Source: Bdellovibrio sp. (GTDB lineage: Bacteria; Bdellovibrionota; Bdellovibrionia; Bdellovibrionales; Bdellovibrionaceae). Taken from it: a DNA stretch of 38,358 nucleotides. The notes beneath the pieces were generated by a model. It had not been told where the DNA came from. It did not search any database and saw nothing but the letters and a program-made list of their open reading frames with translations. The translations under genes were made by a program, and so were the position numbers. Below are positions 16,161 through 25,927 of this stretch, piece after piece. The number at the start of each line of letters is the position of its first letter. Position 1 is the stretch's first letter. The DNA is taken from positions 1 through 38,358 of the forward strand of contig JBKCUU010000088.1 of the NCBI GenBank assembly GCA_046318155.1. The letters run 5' to 3'.

Positions 16161-17044
16161 GACTGAAGCCAGTACCCAACCCATTCGTCTTTTTCGAGGC
16201 GGCGAACAACGGTAAGTCCAGAATCCTCGATGAAGTTTTCAAAAAAGTGATCCTCGCGCTCGAGCAAAATACCTGTCAAAAACAAATGACCGCCTGGATT
16301 AAGAACACGAAACAGATCTTCTTTAATTTTTATCAAGACGCCATCAATGATATTGGCAATGACCACGTCAAAAGTATCATCAACCTCTTCGAGCAACTGC
16401 TCGCGAATGTCGATGTCATCGAGCTTATTAAGTTTGATGTTTTCTCGGGCCACGCGGCGGGCTTCGGGGTCAATTTCAATACCGGCGACAAGACCAAAGC
16501 CGAGGCGGTGAGACAGCATGGCGAGGATCGCCGTGCCCGTGCCCACATCAAGCAAGGTCAGTTCTTGGCGGTCCGGGAGCGCCTTTGCGACTTTGATCAA
16601 AAAAGCCGACGCCATTTTGGTCGTGGCGTGTGTGCCCGTGCCGAAGGCCATACCGGGATCAATCAAGAGCGCATGTTCAGGCTCAACCGGGGAGGGTAGC
16701 CAAGACGGAACAACCCAGTAGCCTCCAGCCAGGTTAAAGGGAACGAAGCCCTTTTTCCACTCGGCGAGCCAATCCTTGTTTTCTTCCTCAACCGATTCCC
16801 AAGTCAGACGAGAATCAAGGGCTTTGATGCGCTCAAAAAATTCGGCTTCGGGTTTTTCAGAAAAGTAGACATCGATATCGTGAAATTTGAGAGGAACAAT
16901 GTCGGGGTCGTATGTGAGATCAGGCTGTGTGTACATCAGTGCCTCGCTGACGCCGGTTGCGGCGTATTCAAATGAAAGCGAGGTGATCACGTCCTCGAGC
17001 TGGCTTGTGACTTTGTAGATACGGACGCGAAAGTAAGAATTCAT
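16157..17044 (-). CDS. prmA: Ribosomal protein L11 methyltransferase
   Basis: DWLAEWKK, IDPGMAFGTGTHATT, LDVGTGTAILA, ANII and LTGIL motifs. Confidence 0.96.
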   Translation of the reverse strand: MNSYFRVRIYKVTSQLEDVITSLSFEYAATGVSEALMYTQPDLTYDPDIVPLKFHDIDVYFSEKPEAEFFERIKALDSRLTWESVEEENKDWLAEWKKGFVPFNLAGGYWVVPSWLPSPVEPEHALLIDPGMAFGTGTHATTKMASAFLIKVAKALPDRQELTLLDVGTGTAILAMLSHRLGFGLVAGIEIDPEARRVARENIKLNKLDDIDIREQLLEEVDDTFDVVIANIIDGVLIKIKEDLFRVLNPGGHLFLTGILLEREDHFFENFIEDSGLTVVRRLEKDEWVGYWLQS

Positions 17045-17667
17045 TCAGTCTGGTTAGCAACGCGCCCCATGGCTTCGGCCATTGAATCCATCACGGATTT
17101 TTGAATGACGGCGGGATTGAGACTCGCCGTCGGCGGTGCCTCAGACCCAGATTCAGTTTCTTTCGAAGTCTCGGCTTCAGCCATCACCTCAAACGAATTC
17201 GTTGCGGTCTCCTTCTGAGTGATCTTACTAGCAGAAGGCTTAGAATTGTCAACGAACGACCCCTTGAGATCAATCAAGTCGCCGCTCATAATTCCGGTTT
17301 GTTCGAGCATCGGAAAGAGATCGCGGCTGAGTGACTTATGCTCTCGCGCAACGGTCACGCCGTTCTGAACAAAGAGAATCTTGAGTTGACCCACGGGAAC
17401 AAGAAGTTCGCCAAAAGCCTGAGTTCCCGTTGCATCTTTAACGTTGATTTTGCGCACGGCTGTGACCACGAGATTTTGCTTTAACCCAGCTTCGCCGCCG
17501 GCATTGATGTAAAAGTCGCGGTAGATAGGATCGGTATCAGCAAGTGGAATATTGCGCCGGACTTCGATGATGTGAACATCATCGGCAGCGAACACTTCCC
17601 AAGTAAACAGGGCGACCAGTACGACGAGCCCACCCAATAAAAAGAGACGTCCTATTTTGCCAGACAT
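17041..17667 (-). CDS. Exported hypothetical protein (beta-rich domain plus acidic low-complexity tail)
   Basis: GAGG RBS; signal peptide ending VFA|; DFYINAGGEAGLKQN...VGQLKILFV pattern reminiscent of FlgT C-terminal-type domains (weak). Confidence 0.75.
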   Translation of the reverse strand: MSGKIGRLFLLGGLVVLVALFTWEVFAADDVHIIEVRRNIPLADTDPIYRDFYINAGGEAGLKQNLVVTAVRKINVKDATGTQAFGELLVPVGQLKILFVQNGVTVAREHKSLSRDLFPMLEQTGIMSGDLIDLKGSFVDNSKPSASKITQKETATNSFEVMAEAETSKETESGSEAPPTASLNPAVIQKSVMDSMAEAMGRVANQTE

Positions 17668-17798
17668 GACAATCCTCGTCCGTTTGCGCTCATCACTTCA
17701 GAGCGTCGGCGACCTCACCCATGAGGTCTCATGCTCTTTGTTTCGGAATGAGATGAGCAAAACTGTAGTCGACAAAGGGCGAGATCGTATGAAACTGC

Positions 17799-18339
17799 TT
17801 AGGCAGGAGTCGCGTTTACCTGAATTTCGGGACGCCTGTATAGGACTAAAGCCGAGAGAATCATGAGCGCGCCGAGGCTCTGGAACTGGACATTTTTTGA
17901 AAGCCCACAAGAAACAAAGTGAGGGGTGCAATCGTGCACACGATCGCGATGACGAGCTCGCAAGCCGCAACTTTGTCAGACGCTCGTTTAAAAAAATCAC
18001 CGAGCCGATGTTCACAAGTAAGGGAAAGGTAAAGAGCAACAGGGCCGCGAGGCCAACCGTCATCTCTTTGATCGATTCAAAGTAGAGCGTTGAAAAAACG
18101 GCATAGCCCAAAAGCCCGAGAAGCAAAGAGATGAGAATTTGTTTGCCGGGAAGCAAAAGCCAAGCGGGTCTAAAAAGAAGAAGTGAAACACCAAGAACAA
18201 GGGACGCGAACAAAAAACGCAACGTCAAGAGTTCGCCGACAGAAAAGCCAAAGTGGTAGGCCCATTTTGCAAAGATGCCCAGCAACCCAAAGCAAGATCC
18301 TGAAATCAGAACTTGGAGGGGGCCCTTCCAGGACTTCAT
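17799..18339 (-). pseudogene. EamA/DMT transporter broken by frameshifts and internal deletions
   Basis: First EamA repeat is intact to ...FLNERLTKLRLAS. Fragment LVIAIVCTIAPLTLFLVGFQKMSSSRAS lies in a second frame and FQSLGALMILSALVLYRRPEIQVNATPA* in the third frame, with stop at 17801-17799. Confidence 0.85.
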
Positions 18340-19214
18340 CGACCAGAAGATTTTTCCGATCGCTCGGTGCGAGGATTGGTTTTGAAGGATTTTTGACGGT
18401 TCTTGTAGGTCTTTTTCAGGCGAACTTCTTCGGGTTCGTCGGCTTGGAACACGCGTTCGGCTGCGACCTCATTTAAGAAAACGAGTTCGCCTCGATCAAG
18501 ACTTCCAATTCGCAGGCGGCCAATGGCGACCCGCTGAAGTTTAAGAACGTCGAAGCCGATTTTTTCGAACATTTGACGGATCTGACGATTTTTACCCTCG
18601 GTGATCACAATTTTGATCCAGCCGTATTGATCAGCTCCGCGCTTGATCTTTTCGACACTTTTGGCCGCAACCTTGCCGCCCTCGATGGTGACACCGCGAA
18701 GAAGCTTTTGGATTTTTTCTTCGGGTGGGTGACCATTGACTTTAACCAGGTAGGTTTTGGTGATTTCAGATTTTGGATGCATGATGCGGTTGGCGTACTC
18801 GCCGTCGTTCGTCAGGAGCAAGAGACCCTCGGAGTCCCAATCGAGACGTCCTACAGGAAACAAGCGGACGGGGAGATCCTCAACAAAAGACTTGATCGTC
18901 GGCCGCTCAAGAGGATCTTCCATCGTGGTAAGGACGCCGACGGGCTTGTAGAGCATCGCGTACACAGGCATTTGCTTGGCCCGCAGGGGTTTACCATCGA
19001 TGATCACTTTGTCGAGGGATGGATCAACCTTAGTTCCCAATTCGTAAACTTTTTTGCCGTTTACAACGACGCGGCCTTCTTCGATAATACGATCAGCCGC
19101 CCGGCGCGAAGCCAGTCCACTATCAGCCATTAATTTGTTGAGTCGAACTCGCGAATCTTTAACGACGGTTTTTTTTGACTGCGATTTTGGTTGTTGTCGC
19201 TGCTGTTGTTCCAT
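18336..19214 (-). CDS. rluB: rRNA pseudouridine synthase, RsuA/RluB family with S4 domain
   Basis: RLNKLMADSGLASRR, KPVG, VGRLDWDSEGLLLLTNDG and EGKNRQIRQM motifs; GGGAGG RBS. Exact subfamily not certain. Confidence 0.88.
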   Translation of the reverse strand: MEQQQRQQPKSQSKKTVVKDSRVRLNKLMADSGLASRRAADRIIEEGRVVVNGKKVYELGTKVDPSLDKVIIDGKPLRAKQMPVYAMLYKPVGVLTTMEDPLERPTIKSFVEDLPVRLFPVGRLDWDSEGLLLLTNDGEYANRIMHPKSEITKTYLVKVNGHPPEEKIQKLLRGVTIEGGKVAAKSVEKIKRGADQYGWIKIVITEGKNRQIRQMFEKIGFDVLKLQRVAIGRLRIGSLDRGELVFLNEVAAERVFQADEPEEVRLKKTYKNRQKSFKTNPRTERSEKSSGR

Positions 19215-20224
19215 TGGTCTGCCTCCCGGCTGTCCTGAACAAAATCCAGGTGGCCGAGGCCGCCGAACTGAGGAGTTGGGCGAATGGTCGATCTCGGAGC
19301 CGCCATCTGATTTTCGAGATCTCTTAGCAGAAGGCGTAAAAGTTTGTCACCGTGAAACACATACTCGAGGGCATTTTGAGAGCGCACTTGCAGGTCTGTG
19401 ACCTTAGCTGGATCCAAAGTTTCGCCATGGCGTAAAAGATTCAGGGTCCGCTCCAGATCCTGGCTGAGTTGAACGTAAAAAGGGTCAGATTCTCGGCGAA
19501 GGAAGGTCTGTTCGATCCGTTTGAGCGTGTAGAACAAACGGGGGTAGGAATCGATGGGCGCCAGCTTGAACTCGTGGAACTTTTGGCAAATGTAACCGCG
19601 AACTAAGTTTGCGCTGACGAGACTGCCGGTTACCATGAACCGGCAGGTCACAAAGGGTGCGACTTCAAGCTTGTAGGGGAGATCGGGTTCAAGGTTGAGC
19701 TCTGAATCGTAATGAACCTCAAGGTCCGTGCGTAAGGGCTCGAGGTGACCCTCTCGCAACGTAAACTTGCGGTCAAATTGGCGAATCGTCAAACTGCGGT
19801 CGGGATGCAAGACAACAGCGAAAATGATTTTTTCGCTTTCGTGAACCAGGCGAAATTTAGAACCGGCTTTTTTATACTGAAACGTCAGGTAAGAGTTAAT
19901 CAAGTCGGCAAAGTCGCGCTTGTTTTCGACTTCGATCACTTGGGTTTCAATTGGCCAGCGCACATGATCCAGGCCCAGCAGCACCTGATTGTTCAATTGA
20001 TATTGCTGCAGGCATTGCTGCAAATCTTCGGTTAGTGACACGCGGTTTTGCATCCAGTGGGGGTATTGCAAACAATCGTTAAAAAAATGCGTGAGAATCG
20101 AGGGCGACCAGGATTCGTCTTCTTGGTGCAAATGCTGCAGATAGTTATGAAATGTCAGGAGTCCGGGCGAGAGCTGGAATTTTTGCGAAGAAATATACTT
20201 TAAGACTGAGCCAACATTCTGCAT
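19130..20224 (-). CDS. Hypothetical cytoplasmic protein
   Basis: 364-codon ORF with globular composition; no motif recognised; first gene of the minus-strand run. Confidence 0.8.
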   Translation of the reverse strand: MQNVGSVLKYISSQKFQLSPGLLTFHNYLQHLHQEDESWSPSILTHFFNDCLQYPHWMQNRVSLTEDLQQCLQQYQLNNQVLLGLDHVRWPIETQVIEVENKRDFADLINSYLTFQYKKAGSKFRLVHESEKIIFAVVLHPDRSLTIRQFDRKFTLREGHLEPLRTDLEVHYDSELNLEPDLPYKLEVAPFVTCRFMVTGSLVSANLVRGYICQKFHEFKLAPIDSYPRLFYTLKRIEQTFLRRESDPFYVQLSQDLERTLNLLRHGETLDPAKVTDLQVRSQNALEYVFHGDKLLRLLLRDLENQMAAPRSTIRPTPQFGGLGHLDFVQDSREADQWNNSSDNNQNRSQKKPSLKIREFDSTN

Positions 20225-20279
20225 ACTTAAAACGATAGAAAGTTCTCGAAGGATGAGTCAATTGCAAAGGATGGCAGTG

Positions 20280-20786
20280 ATGCAAAAAGAGCTAAATCCG
20301 GATCTCTTCGGAGAGTCCAGCACCTCCAAAACACGCACCGTCGAGGCCGCGAATCCCAATGCCAGCATTGGTTTGTTGCATGTCAAAGAGGTCGACACAA
20401 AATTGGCTGAGATGCGAACGCAAATGAACGTCATGATCGACAACATGAACCGCTTTGCGAATCAAGTGAACGAGGCTTTGAAGACGAGCCATCAAAAGTT
20501 TGAGAAGATGGGTCAGACGATTCAGCGCCTTGAGCAAAACGACCAAGCCCTCGCGTTGGACAATAGTCAAAAGCTCAGTCAACTGGGCCAAAAGCTTGGG
20601 GAGCGCCGTGCTTTGGATGGTAAAGTCCAAGAGATGATCGACCGGCACAATTCGGTTTTAAAGTCATATGAGCTTCGCTTAAACCAATTGCAAAAGTTGA
20701 TCGCCGAGCGCGAACAGCAAATCATGAATGCGCAGTCGGCCCTCAACGAAGCAAAAATGGAAATCGCGCGCATGAAGCGCTTCTAG
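20280..20786 (+). CDS. Coiled-coil protein (start between 20253 and 20280)
   Basis: Short head QKELNPDLFGE followed by continuous heptad-rich sequence. Confidence 0.8.
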   Translation: MQKELNPDLFGESSTSKTRTVEAANPNASIGLLHVKEVDTKLAEMRTQMNVMIDNMNRFANQVNEALKTSHQKFEKMGQTIQRLEQNDQALALDNSQKLSQLGQKLGERRALDGKVQEMIDRHNSVLKSYELRLNQLQKLIAEREQQIMNAQSALNEAKMEIARMKRF

Positions 20787-20812
20787 ACGTCTTTTAACCT
20801 CAAGGAGATCCC

Positions 20813-21193
20813 ATGAAACGAGTTCCGTCTTCTGTTTTTATTGTCAGTTCAATGTTCGCCTCAATGTTTGTCTTAATGTTTGCGTTTTCGGCCTCGGCTC
20901 TTGAAACCGTTGATGGTGCAAAAAAAGACTATGAAACGGCTAAAGTTGAAATGGCCGCAAAGCTTGGGGCTTTGGATCAGAAAATTGAAGAGCTCAAAGC
21001 GAGCACCGCTGCAAAAAGTACGGCGGCCAAAGAAAAGACATTAAAAGAAATCCAAATCAATCGAGATAAACTTCGTGCCGATTACGAACTGATGAAGGAT
21101 GCAACCGATAGCAAATGGAAGTCGTTTAAAAAGCGGTTCGCGCAGTCGATCGACCGGATGAACGCGAAAGCACAGCGTGCCTTGAAAGATTAG
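20813..21193 (+). CDS. Small secreted Lys/Ala-rich helical protein
   Basis: AAGGAG RBS, signal peptide ending ASA|, amphipathic helices. Confidence 0.8.
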   Translation: MKRVPSSVFIVSSMFASMFVLMFAFSASALETVDGAKKDYETAKVEMAAKLGALDQKIEELKASTAAKSTAAKEKTLKEIQINRDKLRADYELMKDATDSKWKSFKKRFAQSIDRMNAKAQRALKD

Positions 21194-21199
21194 CCTGTT

Positions 21200-21222
21200 G
21201 GGGCTGTAAAGACTTCAGCCCC
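21200..21222 (+). terminator. Possible terminator hairpin
   Basis: GGGGCTG-taaagactt-CAGCCCC just after the stop at 21193; weak U-tract. Confidence 0.5.
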
Positions 21223-21260
21223 TCTGTCTCTGGCCTTCGCTTCGCGCTAGATTCAGCGCC

Positions 21261-22190
21261 ATGAAGATCATTCTCTTATTCGCCCTTTCTTGGGCCCAAG
21301 CCTCCATTTTTGGTACCGACGACCGAACCTCTGTCTTGGCGGGGTCTTTTTTGGCCAACGCTGAGGGCGCTGCGGTCGCCATGATGGTGCCCAATAATTT
21401 TGTGACCGATTCTGCCAGGGGCTCAGGTCTCAAAGACCTCGAAATCTTTCCGCTGACCGAAACTTGGGGGCTGTGCTCCTCCGAGCGGTTTGCTGCGACA
21501 TCCGGATTTTTTGTAGGCTGCACTGGGTTTTTGATCGCACCTGACATTTTGATGACGGCGGGTCACTGCGCCGTTAATCACGGAGAGTCGACAAATGAAG
21601 CCAACGCCTTTTGCGAAAACTTCTCTTGGCTGTTTGATTTTCAAGTGGGGCCAAGCGGACGACCGCAAGTTGCTGGGGTTGTTTCTGATAACTTGTACCA
21701 ATGTGAAAAAGTCATCAAAGCAGTTCATGATTCAGAGGTGGACGCAGCGGGGAAATTGATTTTTCGCTCGGACTACGCCTTGATTAAGCTCAAACGCAAA
21801 ACTGCGCGCCAGCCATTAACCTTGGCTAAGGCGCTTCCGCAAAAAGGTGAACGCCTCTCCGTGATTGGTCACCCGCTCGGAATGCCGATGGTGCGTTCTG
21901 CGGGAAAAGTGCTGACTCAGAATGGGCTGTATTTTAACACCAACTTAGATATTGCCAATGGCAACTCAGGTTCGCCCGTGCTGAATTCAAAGAACGAAGT
22001 CACCGGGATCTTAGTGCGAGGGTACCCTGAGAGCTTCGTGATGAGACCTGCTGGTGATTGCCGATTGATGAATCGATGCTCGGAAGATGGCACTCGGTGC
22101 GATCAAGATCAAAAGCTGACGACACCTGGCGCTCATGTCCACGGAATCTTGAGCATTCCAGAACTCGCCTCGGCACTTTCGCAGAAATAA
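21261..22190 (+). CDS. Secreted trypsin-like (S1) serine protease
   Basis: Catalytic triad motifs TAGHC, DYAL and GNSGSP; signal peptide followed by IFGTDDR. Confidence 0.93.
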   Translation: MKIILLFALSWAQASIFGTDDRTSVLAGSFLANAEGAAVAMMVPNNFVTDSARGSGLKDLEIFPLTETWGLCSSERFAATSGFFVGCTGFLIAPDILMTAGHCAVNHGESTNEANAFCENFSWLFDFQVGPSGRPQVAGVVSDNLYQCEKVIKAVHDSEVDAAGKLIFRSDYALIKLKRKTARQPLTLAKALPQKGERLSVIGHPLGMPMVRSAGKVLTQNGLYFNTNLDIANGNSGSPVLNSKNEVTGILVRGYPESFVMRPAGDCRLMNRCSEDGTRCDQDQKLTTPGAHVHGILSIPELASALSQK

Positions 22191-22195
22191 GTAGT

Positions 22196-23980
22196 TTATT
22201 TTGAACTTTTTGAAGCAGCATCGACGCGTTTGATAAACGCGGCGGCGGCTTCAAACTCGGTGAGCGTGAGGTCTTCACGAAGTTTGCCTTGGGCATCGTG
22301 AAAGATCACGGTCGGTAGGCCCACGATTTTGTATTTCTTTTTGAGTGCATCAAGCTCTGGTGAACCATTTGTGGCGTCAAATCGGAGGAGCATAAAGTTT
22401 GCGGTGCTCAGCTTGAATCTGGGATCCGCAAAGGTGATTTGCTCGAGTTCTTTACAGGCTGCGCACCAGTCCGCATAAAAATCGAGAATGACGGGCTTTC
22501 CCTCCTCGGCCGCTTTGACGAGCAAGGCTTCTGAGTAGTTTTGCCAGTTGCCGTGATCGGGCTTGGCTTCGACATCGATATAGTGGGTATTTGTGGCCGT
22601 GCGAATATCAAACAGGCTCACCACGATCAGAGCGGCACCAATCAAAACCAAAGCTTGGCACATTCCTTTTCGGATTTTCTTCCACGGCGTATTGAGAGCG
22701 GTATTGGGTTCGAAGCCACCTTTTAAAGATCCTAAAAGAATCAATCCAAGACCAACGCTGCCTTCGAACCAACGGACAGGGATAAGAAGACTTAAGTAAT
22801 AATAAAAACCACCCAGCATGAGCAAGCCGAAGAAGTGCTTAACGCCATCCATCCACTCGCCGGATTTAGGGAGCAGCTTTGTCGCTCCGCTAAAGAGTCC
22901 AAGAAGCAAAAACAATTGCCCCATCCCAAGCGCAAAAACAAAAAGTGCACCAAAACCCAGCCATAAATTTCCGGTTTGTGCGATCCACGTCAGCACGCCA
23001 ACCAAAACAGGGCCTACACAAGGGCTCGCGACAAGGCCCGCGATCACGCCCATTAAAAATGCGCCGCTGTAGCCTTCCGCGTGGGCGCGGCCCAATCGAT
23101 TTTGCAGCCACTGAGGCGGTTGCATGTCGAAAAGGCCAAACATCGACAAGGACATCGCGAGAAAGACCAGGCAAACAAAACCCAGCACCCACGGGGAGCT
23201 CATCGTCGAGCCGAAAAGAGCGCCCGTTGAGGCTGCAAAAACTCCGAGCAGTGAGTACGTCAGCGCGATGCCTAAAACATAAACGTGGGCGACTAAATAG
23301 TTTTGAAATTTGGTTCGCGCATGAGCTTGGCGCCCCAAAACGCTCATCGTAATCGGGATCATGGGAAAAATGCACGGCGTAAGGCTCGTCAGAAAGCCGG
23401 CGATAAAAAGAAACACAAAAACAAGTGCGAGGTTTTCATTTTCGAGAACCTGCTGCACGGGTTGAGATTTGAAGCGGTCCCAAAGTGTACTGTCAGCCGC
23501 GGGCACCGGTGGTTGGCGCAGCGCTGGCGGGACCTTGAAAGAGATCGGGACCTCAAGTGTCGCCGGAAACAAGCAAAATGTTTTTGTACACGCCTGGTAG
23601 GTTAAACGCACGATCATGGGGTTTGCCTCAGAATCCAGGTCTGTTGGGGCCTCGATGGGAACGATCAAGCGTGCTTTCTGAATCACGCCTAATCGGTTCT
23701 TTTTTGTGGTTTCGTCGAAAAATTCTTTGAGCGGAGAAATTGCAATCCTTCCGACTTTAAACTGGGAAGGCTCTTTGATTGTCAGGGCGAACTGGTCGGC
23801 ATACGCGCGGTAACCCTCAGGCAGGTGCATGTCGATCTGAACCTCGGCCCCTTGCCCGGGTTCAAGCAAGATCGGAACGACTTGTCCAGTTGCCTGAAGT
23901 GGATTCACTTCATCCAAAGGCTGACCCCAGCCAGTCAGACTCAACAGTAATAGTGGTGCAAGGGCAGTCAAAAATCGCAT
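22196..23980 (-). CDS. dsbD: Thiol:disulfide interchange protein DsbD (three-domain)
   Basis: Alpha domain YQACTKTFC, membrane domain LTPCIFPMIP and SPCVGP, thioredoxin domain ADWCAACK. Confidence 0.95.
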   Translation of the reverse strand: MRFLTALAPLLLLSLTGWGQPLDEVNPLQATGQVVPILLEPGQGAEVQIDMHLPEGYRAYADQFALTIKEPSQFKVGRIAISPLKEFFDETTKKNRLGVIQKARLIVPIEAPTDLDSEANPMIVRLTYQACTKTFCLFPATLEVPISFKVPPALRQPPVPAADSTLWDRFKSQPVQQVLENENLALVFVFLFIAGFLTSLTPCIFPMIPITMSVLGRQAHARTKFQNYLVAHVYVLGIALTYSLLGVFAASTGALFGSTMSSPWVLGFVCLVFLAMSLSMFGLFDMQPPQWLQNRLGRAHAEGYSGAFLMGVIAGLVASPCVGPVLVGVLTWIAQTGNLWLGFGALFVFALGMGQLFLLLGLFSGATKLLPKSGEWMDGVKHFFGLLMLGGFYYYLSLLIPVRWFEGSVGLGLILLGSLKGGFEPNTALNTPWKKIRKGMCQALVLIGAALIVVSLFDIRTATNTHYIDVEAKPDHGNWQNYSEALLVKAAEEGKPVILDFYADWCAACKELEQITFADPRFKLSTANFMLLRFDATNGSPELDALKKKYKIVGLPTVIFHDAQGKLREDLTLTEFEAAAAFIKRVDAASKSSK

Positions 23981-24083
23981 GAACTCTCTTTTCGTCCTGT
24001 TGCTTTGATCACTTTACTCGCAAATTGTCTGGTTCATCAATCAAGACCTGGGTCTGGATTTGGGGCTTACACGGCTTGAGTCC

Positions 24084-24111
24084 TCAGGTCCTTTCCGTCT
24101 CGTTCCGATAA
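24084..24111 (+). promoter_or_regulatory. Sigma28 (FliA)-type promoter of motAB
   Basis: TCAG-N16-TCCGATAA, close to the TAAA-N15-GCCGATAA consensus, about 20 nt before the motA ATG. Confidence 0.65.
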
Positions 24112-24130
24112 CTTATCCGAAGAGGTGCGT

Positions 24131-24997
24131 ATGGGTTTTGTAGGTATATTAGTCGTATTTGGGATGGTGTTTGGTGGATTCATGCTCGCTGGTGGACACA
24201 TTCACGTTATCTTGAAAGCGGCACCACTTGAGTTGATGATCATCGGAGGCGCGGCCCTTGGCGCTTACATCATCTCGAATCCAGTAAAAGTGATCAAAAT
24301 GGGCATTAAGCTCGGGATGAAAGCGATGACCGCAAAAGGTCCGCAAAAAAAGGAATACACTGAGCTGTTGCAAATGTTGTTTCAACTGTTTCAGTTGTTT
24401 CGTAAAGACGGACCTCAAGCGGTTGAGAAGCACATCGAGAATCCTGACAAAAGTGAAATTTTTAATGCTTACCCGAGTTTCATGAAAAACCATCACGCCG
24501 TTCATTATCTTTGCGATACGATGAAAGTCGCTTTCGCAGCAGATTTATCGCCATACGACGTTGAAGACCTCTTAAATGACGATTTAAAGGCTATCCACAC
24601 TGAAGAACATATGGCCCAGCACGCCGTACAAATGGTTGCCGATGGGTTCCCTGGGCTAGGAATCGTTGCCGCCGTTCTCGGGATCGTAAAGACCATGGGT
24701 CACTTGACTGATGGTACTGAGGTCATCGGTTCTTTGATCGGTGCCGCCCTCGTCGGTACGATGTTGGGGGTCTTTGGTGCTTACGGTTTGATCGGTCCCA
24801 CAGCGACGAAAATGGCTGCCGACATCGAAGCGGAAGGCCGTTATTTGCAAGTTATCAAAGCCGCTCTGGTTGCATTGCAACGGGGATCGCCCCCAATCGT
24901 TTGCATCGAGTACGCTCGTCGTACGATCTTGCCTGAAGAGCGACCTAGCTTTGACGAAGCAGATAAAGCGACGAAAGAAATCAAGAAGGCAGCGTAA
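24131..24997 (+). CDS. motA: Flagellar stator protein MotA
   Basis: ELMIIGGAALG, FRKDGPQAVEKHIE (conserved Arg/Glu), PGLGIVAAVLG, IGAALVGTMLG and ERPSF motifs; GAGG RBS before ATG 24131. Confidence 0.95.
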   Translation: MGFVGILVVFGMVFGGFMLAGGHIHVILKAAPLELMIIGGAALGAYIISNPVKVIKMGIKLGMKAMTAKGPQKKEYTELLQMLFQLFQLFRKDGPQAVEKHIENPDKSEIFNAYPSFMKNHHAVHYLCDTMKVAFAADLSPYDVEDLLNDDLKAIHTEEHMAQHAVQMVADGFPGLGIVAAVLGIVKTMGHLTDGTEVIGSLIGAALVGTMLGVFGAYGLIGPTATKMAADIEAEGRYLQVIKAALVALQRGSPPIVCIEYARRTILPEERPSFDEADKATKEIKKAA

Positions 24998-25000
24998 TCA

Positions 25001-25915
25001 ATGGCGGCAGAGAAAAAGGGCAAAACAATTGTTATCAAGAAGATCATCGTCGCTGGCGCTGGTCACCACGGTGGTTCGTGGAAGGTTGCCCTTGCCGATT
25101 TCATGACGGCGATGATGGCCTTTTTCTTGGTGATGTGGCTTTTGGGCGCAAATGCCGAGACCAAGAAGGCCGTTTCGGACTATTTCTCGACGCCGAGCTT
25201 GATTGAGTATAGCTTTCAGAACTTTGGTGTCGAAATCACCTTAGAGAAGCTCTTTCTTGATTTTGTCAATGAGCCACTCAAAGCATTTCAGTCTTTTATG
25301 GAACCCATGGATAAGACACCTAACTTGATGGACTTCGGTTCTCAGAATACAGTCGCGGCATTTATGGCAGATAAACTCTCTGATATCATTATGGGAAAGA
25401 AGAATCTCTCCATTGGATCTGATAAAGTCGAGTTCGATATTTTAGATGACAAGTTTTTTATTACTGGAACGGCCGTGCCGAATGAGCAGTTTATCGTGAA
25501 CATGGACCGGATTAAGGCGGTGACTCAAGGTCTTGAGGATTCAATCATCGAGATTGATGTTCGCTTGTTTTTCCAATCCGTAGAGGGATCGAATGTTGAT
25601 TTGGCAAAAAAGGTGGCGCTTGAGCGTTTGGACCTGATTCGAAACAAAGTTCAGGCTGGTCTTGAGCATCCCTCGGTTGAGGTTAAAGGTGCGATGTCAG
25701 TCACGGGTAAAAAAGGTTTTATCGATGGGCAAAGCCAGCGACCTCCCGGACTTATTCACTTTGAGATCAAACAAAAAGAAACCAAGGCAAATGGGGCCAA
25801 GCCTCGCAAGTTAGACACGGTCTTCGGAAGCCCCGATGATGAGATGGATGTTTACGACAATTTTGTTAAGCAATTGGCCGAACAAAAGAAAAAGAAGGCA
25901 CCCGCAAATCCATAA
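25001..25915 (+). CDS. motB: MotB-family stator subunit with atypical C-terminal domain
   Basis: [25 protein letters not shown] with the conserved Asp; directly follows motA. Confidence 0.9.
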   Translation: MAAEKKGKTIVIKKIIVAGAGHHGGSWKVALADFMTAMMAFFLVMWLLGANAETKKAVSDYFSTPSLIEYSFQNFGVEITLEKLFLDFVNEPLKAFQSFMEPMDKTPNLMDFGSQNTVAAFMADKLSDIIMGKKNLSIGSDKVEFDILDDKFFITGTAVPNEQFIVNMDRIKAVTQGLEDSIIEIDVRLFFQSVEGSNVDLAKKVALERLDLIRNKVQAGLEHPSVEVKGAMSVTGKKGFIDGQSQRPPGLIHFEIKQKETKANGAKPRKLDTVFGSPDDEMDVYDNFVKQLAEQKKKKAPANP

Positions 25916-25927
25916 TGGCTTGAGGGT

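Noticed and set aside
17698..17950. C-terminal part of the 213-aa EamA ORF as a real domain
   Set aside because: It is out-of-frame read-through after the frameshift; the true EamA remnants are in the other two frames.
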